From contig JACCZH010000247.1 of assembly GCA_013696045.1 (NCBI GenBank), positions 1-33,241 of the forward strand: a DNA stretch of 33,241 bases. The letters are read 5' to 3'. The position numbers and the translations under genes are program-made. A model generated the notes under the pieces. It was not told where the DNA came from and searched no databases. It worked only from the letters and a program-made list of their open reading frames with translations. Shown here piece after piece: positions 27,076 through 33,241 of the stretch; the stretch's first letter is position 1, and every line of letters begins with the position of its first letter. This DNA is from Chloroflexia bacterium. Its GTDB lineage: Bacteria > Chloroflexota > Chloroflexia > Thermomicrobiales > CFX8.

Positions 27076-27329
27076 GGTGCTGGCTCGCTGGTGTCGTTCG
27101 CGAGTATCTGCTCGGCAAGTTCCCAGGCTGGTCCACGTGAGACGAAGGTCTTGAGCCGCTTTTCCAGGGTGCGACGCGAGAGCATCACCCGCCGGTCACA
27201 ACCGTGGCAACGCAAACCAATGTCCGCCCCGAGGCGCGTGACGGTCCATTCGTAGGAACCGCAAGGATGTGGCTTTTTCAGGCGCACAACGTCGCCGACG
27301 ACAATTGCTAACGGTCCGTTTGGGTTCAT
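27072..27329 (-). CDS. DUF951-family small protein (zinc-ribbon-like)
   Basis: GDVVRLKKPHPCGSYEWTVTRLGADIGLRCHGCDRRVMLSRRTLEKRLK matches my recollection of the YyzM/DUF951 pattern. Preferred start is ATG 27329; the rest of track ORF 27072..27545 is rejected. Confidence 0.65.
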   Translation of the reverse strand: MNPNGPLAIVVGDVVRLKKPHPCGSYEWTVTRLGADIGLRCHGCDRRVMLSRRTLEKRLKTFVSRGPAWELAEQILANDTSEPAP

Positions 27330-27455
27330 GGCGTTTTCCCATGCCGGCTTCATGAGGACGAATCGTGTCGAAGGGAAGCATACACGCACCGGTTCGGGCA
27401 CACTTGGTTGTAGAAGAGGAAGCACGTGTGCGGGCACGTTCGAAGGGGCGATGAT

Positions 27456-27866
27456 ATGCAGAGTCCAGGTCTGGTTACGACAGTTCTCGGTCGTTCGTTG
27501 CGCTTGCGCTGTCCGCGCTGTGGCGAGGGCAAGTTCCTGGAGCATGGTTTCACTAACCGCCGGGATTGCAGAATCTGTCGGCTGCGATTTGAGCGTGAAG
27601 AAGGCTACTGGACCGGCGCAATCTACGTGAATCTCATCACCACCCAGTTCTTGATAATCGGCGGCGTGTTTATGCTGATGTTCGGCACAGATCTTGGACT
27701 GTGGACACAGATCTCACTTCTGGCGGCGGTTGGCGTCATCTTCCCTGTCTGTTTTTATCCGTTCTCCAAGAGCATCTGGCTGGGGATGGATTATTTCTTC
27801 ACCGGTGCTACCTGGGCGCAGTCTCCATCTGAGAAGGATTCACCGCCTCTTGACTCGCGGTCATGA
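27456..27866 (+). CDS. DUF983-family membrane protein (N-terminal CxxC..CxxC zinc ribbon plus 2 TM)
   Basis: LRCPRCGEGKFLEHGFTNRRDCRICRLRFEREEGYWTGAIYVN followed by two hydrophobic segments. ATG 27456 with GAAGGGG upstream. Confidence 0.65.
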   Translation: MQSPGLVTTVLGRSLRLRCPRCGEGKFLEHGFTNRRDCRICRLRFEREEGYWTGAIYVNLITTQFLIIGGVFMLMFGTDLGLWTQISLLAAVGVIFPVCFYPFSKSIWLGMDYFFTGATWAQSPSEKDSPPLDSRS

Positions 27867-27903
27867 TTGCGTGATAGACTCCCGCGCAAGGGAGTACGTA
27901 CAC

Positions 27904-28485
27904 ATGCAGCGGATACTGCGGATTTTGTTCATCATAGGGGCGGCGGCGAACGCCTGGCTGGCGCTGGCCTATCTGATCTTCGTCGTCGACGCTGGATCAA
28001 GGCCGATGTTTGATTTACGGGTAATGGCAACCTGCGTGTTACTGCTGGTTGCTCCAGGGTTGGTGTTCATCCCGCTGGCCCGGGCGCTCAAGGTCTCGAT
28101 CTATGAGATAGAAGGCATCGGCGGTTGGGCAGTGTTTGGATTTGTCCTGACATTTGTCACCCCGAGCGATGTCCTCTCGCGGTCTGAGTTCCTGATATTT
28201 CTACTACCGCTGACCGTGGTGATCGCAACGATTGCAACACCCATAGCGTATGCGTTTGGCCTGCGTGTCTATCGCGACGATCCGCGCCGGCACGATTTTT
28301 TGAGAGCACGCCGTCAGGGCTATCTCGTCGCGCTGGTGCTGGTAGCACTGTTCTTGCTCAACAGCATCCAGGTGTTAAGCGCCGTAAACGGCGTGCTGCT
28401 GGTGGTCATCGCTATCCTCTGCGAGGTCTTCATGCTCTCGCGTGGACGGCCGTTGCCGGCTCCACCCGTGTCTGCTGGCCGGTAA
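27904..28485 (+). CDS. Hypothetical polytopic membrane protein (193 aa)
   Basis: ATG 27904 with AGGGAG upstream. Five or six hydrophobic segments. I recognise no family. The 3' end overlaps the metX 3' end. Confidence 0.55.
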   Translation: MQRILRILFIIGAAANAWLALAYLIFVVDAGSRPMFDLRVMATCVLLLVAPGLVFIPLARALKVSIYEIEGIGGWAVFGFVLTFVTPSDVLSRSEFLIFLLPLTVVIATIATPIAYAFGLRVYRDDPRRHDFLRARRQGYLVALVLVALFLLNSIQVLSAVNGVLLVVIAILCEVFMLSRGRPLPAPPVSAGR

Positions 28486-29599
28486 CCGCCTCTCGCAACA
28501 CGGGATCAAGGCGCTCAAACTCCTTGAGAAAGGCATCGTGGCCCTCCGGAGAATCGAGCTCCCAGTAGCGAGCGTTGCCACCGGCATCGTTGATGGCGCA
28601 CGCGGTTTCACGAACATAGCGAGCAGGGAATAGCACATCGCTGCTCACGCCAATGACTGTCGTGTCTGCGGTAATCCTGGACGCCGCGCTATGAAGACCG
28701 CCTCGTTCGCGGCCGATATCGTGCGTATCCATGGCGCGAGACAGGTACAGGTAGGTATTGGCGTCGAAGCGTCCAGCGAGTTTATCGCCCTGATGGTGCA
28801 GGTAGCCTTCAACATCAAAACGGCTCTGGAAATCGGGCCAGTGGCTAAGGCGGCTGGCTGGCTGGCGGTCGAAGCGTGCACTCATGTATTCATCGGATTG
28901 GAATGTGAGCATGCCCAGCATGCGGGCAACTGCGATACCGTCTGCCGGTGGATTATCATCATCATAATTGCCGCCCAGCCAGCATGGATCGAGCATGATC
29001 GAACGGCGCTGGATTTCGTTGAAGGCAATTCCCTGACTATGAAATCGTGCTGATGCCGCGATAACCACGGCCCGGTCCACGCGTGGCGGAACGGAGGTTG
29101 CCAGCTCAACGACCTGCATGCCGCCTAACGAGCCGCCAATCGCGCAGGCAATCTGGTAGATCTCGAGCTCATCCAGCAGCCGCAATTGACAGTTGACGAG
29201 ATCACGCATCGTTAGGGCAGGAAAGCGCAGGTTATACCGTTGGCCATCTGGACCGATCGAGCGTGGTCCGGTCGTTCCGTAACACGAGCCGAGCACATTT
29301 GCGCAAATCACGTGGTAACGATCGGTGTCAATCGGCTTGCCGGGTCCGATGACCGGCTCCCACCAGCCAAAACTATCGCCGGGTAACTCAGGGTGACTCG
29401 CTGCGTGGGAGTCGCCGGTGAGAGCGTGAAAGACAAGCACGACATTATCACGCTGGGCGTTAAGTTGCCCCCAGGTTTCATAAGCAACGGTAATGTCGCT
29501 CAGCGTATGACCCAGCTCTGTGACAAACGGCCGTTTGGGTGTTGCTACCTGTCGAGTGCGTAGCGCGGTGCACGGAGTCCATCCTGGTAGAGTCGTCAT
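28430..29599 (-). CDS. metX: Homoserine O-acetyltransferase
   Basis: VAYETWGQLN..NVVLVFHALTGDSHAA, nucleophile elbow GGSLGGMQ, alpha/beta-hydrolase layout. ATG 29599 preceded by GGAGAAGGGG. Sits downstream of a SAM-I riboswitch. Confidence 0.92.
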   Translation of the reverse strand: MTTLPGWTPCTALRTRQVATPKRPFVTELGHTLSDITVAYETWGQLNAQRDNVVLVFHALTGDSHAASHPELPGDSFGWWEPVIGPGKPIDTDRYHVICANVLGSCYGTTGPRSIGPDGQRYNLRFPALTMRDLVNCQLRLLDELEIYQIACAIGGSLGGMQVVELATSVPPRVDRAVVIAASARFHSQGIAFNEIQRRSIMLDPCWLGGNYDDDNPPADGIAVARMLGMLTFQSDEYMSARFDRQPASRLSHWPDFQSRFDVEGYLHHQGDKLAGRFDANTYLYLSRAMDTHDIGRERGGLHSAASRITADTTVIGVSSDVLFPARYVRETACAINDAGGNARYWELDSPEGHDAFLKEFERLDPVLREAVTGQQTRVEPATAVHARA

Positions 29600-29675
29600 C
29601 GAAACCTGTTCCCCTTCTCCGGTCATGACACAAGGCATACGAACAGTCAAGTCCTGCCCTGCGCCGGAGAGGAGA

Positions 29676-29714
29676 TATAAAAGTCCACCACATAAAAGCT
29701 ATGAGGTGGTGGAC
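29676..29714 (-). terminator. Riboswitch expression-platform terminator
   Basis: Minus strand reads GTCCACCAC-(14-nt loop)-GTGGTGGAC followed by TTTTAT. The segment CACCTCAT in the 5' arm and loop is complementary to ATGAGGTG-type sequence and can compete with the 3' strand of P1 (GATGAG). Confidence 0.85.
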
Positions 29715-29724
29715 ATTCATCTTC

Positions 29725-29823
29725 GCTCATCTTGCGGAAACCTACCGCCGGAATTGGCACCATGCGTACACGCGCTGGTTGCCGGGCTTCTAAGGGCCGA
29801 TCCCTCCACCACTCTGGATGAGC
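29725..29823 (-). promoter_or_regulatory. SAM-I (S-box) riboswitch aptamer
   Basis: Minus strand reads GCTCATCCAGAGTGGTGGAGGGATCGGCCCTTAGAAGCCCGGCAACCAGCGCGTGTACGCATGGTGCCAATTCCGGCGGTAGGTTTCCGCAAGATGAGC. It has the P1 helix CTCATC/GATGAG and the conserved S-box blocks AGAG.GG.GGAGGGA..GGCCC...GA.GCCCGGCAACC and GGTGCCAATTCC.GC. Confidence 0.95.
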
Positions 29824-29850
29824 GCAGGGTCTATTCAGTTGTTGAAGACG

Positions 29851-29879
29851 ATAATAGCAGCAGACTACGGGTGCGTCAA
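29851..29879 (-). promoter_or_regulatory. Sigma-70-type promoter driving the riboswitch-metX transcript
   Basis: Minus strand reads TTGACG (29879-29874), a 17-nt spacer, then TATTAT (29856-29851), about 28 nt upstream of the aptamer. Confidence 0.65.
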
Positions 29880-30199
29880 ATGGCTGAACGTCTCACCGGT
29901 CTGGATGTCCGGATCGAATACCTCACTGCTCTCCGTCGGTCGCTCCAAAGGACGAACCGGATTCAAGTAGATAGGTAGTCGTTCCTCCACTTGTAGATCA
30001 ACCAGCCGGTCGATGTATAGATCGGAGACTTCATCAATACCCTCCACATCCACGATAGCCGTCAGATAGATGCCGACGGGCTCTTCTCCATATCCCACTG
30101 CGATCTCGGCTAGGGGAAGCGTTCGCGAATGATGCTTTCCAGTTCTTCGACAGCGTCCTGCATGTGAAGATCGTTGAGAAGCATCTGCTCGTGGATCAT
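29865..30199 (-). pseudogene. Small conserved-looking hypothetical gene interrupted by a 1-nt frameshift in a C4 run
   Basis: ATG 30199 (AAGGGAG upstream) gives MIHEQMLLNDLHMQDAVEELESIIRERFP, then TAG at 30110-30112. The next frame continues without a stop: ..LAEIAVGYGEEPVGIYLTAIVDVEGIDEVSDLYIDRLVDLQVEERLPIYLNPVRP.. Adding one C to the CCCC run (30113-30116) fuses the two into about 111 aa. Confidence 0.6.
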
Positions 30200-30341
30200 T
30201 GCTGTACGCTCCCTTCTCACGAAATGACTTTCACTACAGTGTGTCTCTCCGAACATCGCCGAAAGGAGGGTGACAAATATCCGCCCGAAGACGGATGGAA
30301 ACCAAGGCTTCGATGACATAGAATGGTCGCTGACAAGCTAA

Positions 30342-30354
30342 TGACCAGTGGTCA
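30342..30354. promoter_or_regulatory. Palindromic operator candidate for the TetR regulator
   Basis: TGACCA-G-TGGTCA, a perfect 6+6 palindrome, 17 nt upstream of the TetR start at 30371, in the divergent intergenic region. Confidence 0.5.
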
Positions 30355-30370
30355 GTAATGAGGCATAAGA

Positions 30371-31036
30371 TTGAGTAAATCAGCGACCCGGCGAGAGAGC
30401 AATGTAGAAGACACACGGGCGCTGATTCTGGAAGCGGCACGGGATGCGTTTGTCATTTCGGGGTATGAGGGCGCTTCTATCCGTGAGGTCGCGCGACGGG
30501 CGGGCATCTCGCACGGCACGATTTATCTGCATTTTCGCGATAAAGACGATCTGCTGTATCAGGTCAGCGAGCATGAGTATGGCCGGTTGCTGGGCCGCTT
30601 ACGCGCGTTGCCGCGCACTCGTGACCCAATTCAGCGGCTGGGGGATGCGCTGCGCGAGGTCGGCAAGTATGGACTTGAGTTCCCGCACCAGTATGAGCTC
30701 ATGATGGGTCATCGTCCCGCGTCTTTTTTGGGATCCGACGCGCCTCGGTTCGGGCCACGAGCCGACGAGGTGGGCTCGTTCATCGGTGATCTTGTTCGTG
30801 AGGCGCAGAAGCGCAGCTTCCTCTCTCCGGCAGTCGGAGATCTGGATGAGCTGGCGCTTATCGCGGGCATGCATGGGGTGGTCACGATGTTTGCGCTGCA
30901 TCTCATTGATCGTGCCACCGCCGATAGCGCCGTCGACCACACCATCAGTCTGTTGCTGAGCGCGTTGAGCGGCGGCTCCTGCGACATCAATCTCTCTCCC
31001 GCTAACGGCGTAGATAGTGGAATGTCACGTGAGTAA
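30371..31036 (+). CDS. TetR/AcrR-family transcriptional regulator
   Basis: N-terminal HTH ILEAARDAFVISGYEGASIREVARRAGISHGTIYLHFRDKDDLL. TTG start with GAGG upstream. Confidence 0.9.
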   Translation: MSKSATRRESNVEDTRALILEAARDAFVISGYEGASIREVARRAGISHGTIYLHFRDKDDLLYQVSEHEYGRLLGRLRALPRTRDPIQRLGDALREVGKYGLEFPHQYELMMGHRPASFLGSDAPRFGPRADEVGSFIGDLVREAQKRSFLSPAVGDLDELALIAGMHGVVTMFALHLIDRATADSAVDHTISLLLSALSGGSCDINLSPANGVDSGMSRE

Positions 31037-32480
31037 TCTCAATCTCAAGCGAATCTTGAACTGGTTCGGGATTGGCATTCCTGAGAATGGCTCGGCCGAC
31101 GATCAGATGCGCCGGAGGGTGGTCATGCTGGCCTGGCCGGCGATGATAGACGGCTTGCTGATTACCGCTGTGCAGGTCGTCGATACCTTCCTGGTCTCGC
31201 GCATCGGTGATGAGGCAGTCGCCGGCGTTGGCACGGCCATCCAGCTGGTCTTTGTATTGATCGTGCTGCTGACGGCGATTTCCGTGGGCTGCTCGGTGCT
31301 CGTCTCTCAGGCCGTCGGAGCGCGTGACTCGGAGCGAGCCAGCTCGATTGCCAAGCAGAGCATTACCGCAGGGACAATTCTGGCAATCCCGTTAACCATT
31401 TTCGGCCTGGTGTTCGCCTCGCAACTGGTGGGACTCTTTGGAGTTGAGTCGGCTGTGGCGGTGATTGCGGAAGAATACTGGAGGGTAATGGCGATCTCCC
31501 TGGTTGTGTTCGTGAATTCGTTCGCCGTGGCTGGAATCCTGCGCGGCATGGGAGACACCAAGACACCGATGTACGGCAACCTGGTCGCCAACGTCGTAAA
31601 CGCTGTTGTTGCCTACGGGCTTATCTTTGGCAAGTTGGGCTTCCCGGAGATCGGCGTGGTGGGTAGCGCCTGGGGCACGCTTGCCGGACGGGTGCTGGCT
31701 GTCGGGTTAATGGTTGCGGTGCTGGTCTTCCGCGGCAAGATCGTCTCGCTGGCCGGCCGCTCGGGCTGGTGGCCGACGATGCCGACCCTGCGCGACGTTG
31801 GCCGGATCGGCATCCCGAGCGCGGTCGAGCAGTTCTCAACCTCAATCGCTTTTGCGGTCATGACGGCTACCGTGGCCGTGCTCGGCACGGAGGCGCTGGC
31901 CGCGCATCGCATTACGTTCAATGCCCTCTCGCTCTCTTTCATGCCTGCGTTGGGCATGGCGATGGCTGCGACAGCACTGGTCGGGCAATCGACTGGCGCG
32001 AAGGATCCGGCGTCCGCCAGGCGAGCAGCACGCATTTCGGCTAGCTACGCCGCAATCTGGATGAGCATGATCGGGGTCGTCTATTTTGTGTTCGGTCCAC
32101 AGATTATGGGGTTCTTCAGCAACGACCCGGAGGTCGTGTCGCAAGGCGGTGTTTCCCTTCGAGTGCTGGCGTTCTCACAGCCGTTCTGGGCCGGGATGCT
32201 GGTTTACTCCGGATCAATGCGCGGCATCGGAAACTCGCGCTACCCGATGGTGGTCAATAGCATTACCTTGTGGCTGGCGGTGATCCTCGGTTTCATCATG
32301 ATTCGTGGCTTCGACTTCGGGTTGGGCGTCGTCTGGAGCGCATTCCTGGTTGTCTCGCCATGGACGATTGTGTTCCTGCGGCGGCGTCTCATGTCTGACC
32401 CGTTGATGAGCGCCGGAGAGGAAGAGCCGGCCCAGGTCGCGGAACTCGCGCCCGAACCCGATTACAAACCGGCGGCGTAG
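31017..32480 (+). CDS. MATE-family efflux transporter
   Basis: About 12 TM segments. MATE-type N-terminus ..LAWPAMIDGLLITAVQVVDTFLVSRIGDEAVAGVG and a duplicated-lobe organisation. Start is uncertain (GTG 31017 or 31029, both overlapping the TetR 3' end, or ATG 31107). Confidence 0.88.
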   Translation: MECHVSNLNLKRILNWFGIGIPENGSADDQMRRRVVMLAWPAMIDGLLITAVQVVDTFLVSRIGDEAVAGVGTAIQLVFVLIVLLTAISVGCSVLVSQAVGARDSERASSIAKQSITAGTILAIPLTIFGLVFASQLVGLFGVESAVAVIAEEYWRVMAISLVVFVNSFAVAGILRGMGDTKTPMYGNLVANVVNAVVAYGLIFGKLGFPEIGVVGSAWGTLAGRVLAVGLMVAVLVFRGKIVSLAGRSGWWPTMPTLRDVGRIGIPSAVEQFSTSIAFAVMTATVAVLGTEALAAHRITFNALSLSFMPALGMAMAATALVGQSTGAKDPASARRAARISASYAAIWMSMIGVVYFVFGPQIMGFFSNDPEVVSQGGVSLRVLAFSQPFWAGMLVYSGSMRGIGNSRYPMVVNSITLWLAVILGFIMIRGFDFGLGVVWSAFLVVSPWTIVFLRRRLMSDPLMSAGEEEPAQVAELAPEPDYKPAA

Positions 32481-32568
32481 CCCGGCGCGATGCCGGGATC
32501 TATCACCGTCACCCCGAACTGTAATGAAGTGCATGTACACAGATACTCAAGTGTGGCGCAGCACGCCA

Positions 32569-33171
32569 TTACGACCGCTTCAATTCGTACTGTTCCGTTG
32601 TCGAGCAGTACATGTCGCCGGTCAAACGGCCAACGGCGTCGAGCCGCTGGAGGTCGATGCGGCTACCCTCGATAATGAGATCGTCGCGGACATGGACCTG
32701 GACGACTTCGGCGATGACGAGGTGGGCTCCGTAAGGTGGTCCACCGACCTTGTGGATATCGCGCATGATGCATTCCAGATTGGCCGGCGCCTCGAGTACC
32801 CGCATCGGTTTGACGATATCACCTGGAACCGGCGTTAAGCCGCTGGTCTCGAACTCGCTAACGTCGGCCTCATAATCGACTGCGGTGCGCGCCATTTGCT
32901 GCCCAATCTCGGCGCTCACAATGTTGATCACCAGCTCGCCGTTGCGGCGGATGTTGCGCAGGGTGTCCTTCTCTTGACCGTTCTTGGCTCCGATGGAGAG
33001 CGCGATGTGGGGCGGGCTGGAGGTGATCATCATGAAGAAGCTGAACGGCGCCAAGTTGTTGACGCCGTCCGGGCTGAGGGTGGACGTGAATCCGATCGGT
33101 CTTGGTACGATCAACGCAGCCATGAGCTTGTACACGTCCTGGGCCAGCATGTCTTTGGGGGCGAATTTCAT
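32569..33171 (-). CDS. Flavin reductase-like (FMN-binding split-barrel) domain protein
   Basis: VYKLMAALIVPRPIGFTSTLSPDGVNNLAPFSFFMMITSSPP is typical of the Flavin_Reduct domain. 200 aa. Confidence 0.8.
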   Translation of the reverse strand: MKFAPKDMLAQDVYKLMAALIVPRPIGFTSTLSPDGVNNLAPFSFFMMITSSPPHIALSIGAKNGQEKDTLRNIRRNGELVINIVSAEIGQQMARTAVDYEADVSEFETSGLTPVPGDIVKPMRVLEAPANLECIMRDIHKVGGPPYGAHLVIAEVVQVHVRDDLIIEGSRIDLQRLDAVGRLTGDMYCSTTEQYELKRS

Positions 33172-33241
33172 AGATTCGTTCCTCTCTGTTCAATGTTTCG
33201 CAGTTAAGGGCCGGACGTGGTGCAGTCCGTTTGCATCAATG

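Noticed and set aside
1-33241. Search by eye for tRNA/rRNA/tmRNA/RNase P signatures, CRISPR-like spaced repeats, IS inverted repeats, integrase/transposase, phage or defence-type genes
   Set aside because: None found. Every ORF over about 150 aa not explained as a shadow ORF has a housekeeping or transporter assignment. The window looks like core chromosome rather than an accessory island.

Overview
GC-rich chromosomal window that reads as core housekeeping DNA from a monoderm-type bacterium. The gene order resembles Firmicutes/Chloroflexota (dprA-manC-topA-hslV-hslU, scpA-scpB, Rrf2-cysteine desulfurase, S-box-metX). The taxon guess is inference only. Contents in order: a peptide/nickel ABC importer operon (permease B, permease C, ATPase D, ATPase F, a small unknown ORF, then a Tat-lipoprotein binding protein); ROK kinase; GT2 glycosyltransferase; an hslVU-like pair; topA; mannose-1-P guanylyltransferase; dprA; ilvE; a second, orphan pair of OppD/OppF-like ATPases; two M50 site-2 proteases; an HD protein; scpAB; cysteine desulfurase with an Rrf2 regulator; pyrB; DUF951 coupled to an MFS transporter; DUF983 and an unknown membrane protein; metX behind a clear SAM-I riboswitch; a frameshifted small ORF; TetR-MATE; and a flavin reductase-like protein. 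I found no rRNA, tRNA, CRISPR array, IS/transposase, integrase, phage or obvious defence genes, and no convincing novel multi-gene system. The best leads are: (1) an aberrant HslVU module, where hslV has no start codon at its catalytic Thr and hslU is a degenerate 318-aa form lacking the I-domain and the GYVG pore loop; (2) a short hairpin repeat with a conserved loop, present three times in gene-flanking DNA, one copy inside the hslV N-terminal extension; (3) a 126-aa unknown ORF translationally coupled inside the opp-like operon; (4) unusually long 5' leaders ahead of both ABC loci. All calls come from reading the ORF translations and the sequence by eye; no database search was possible.
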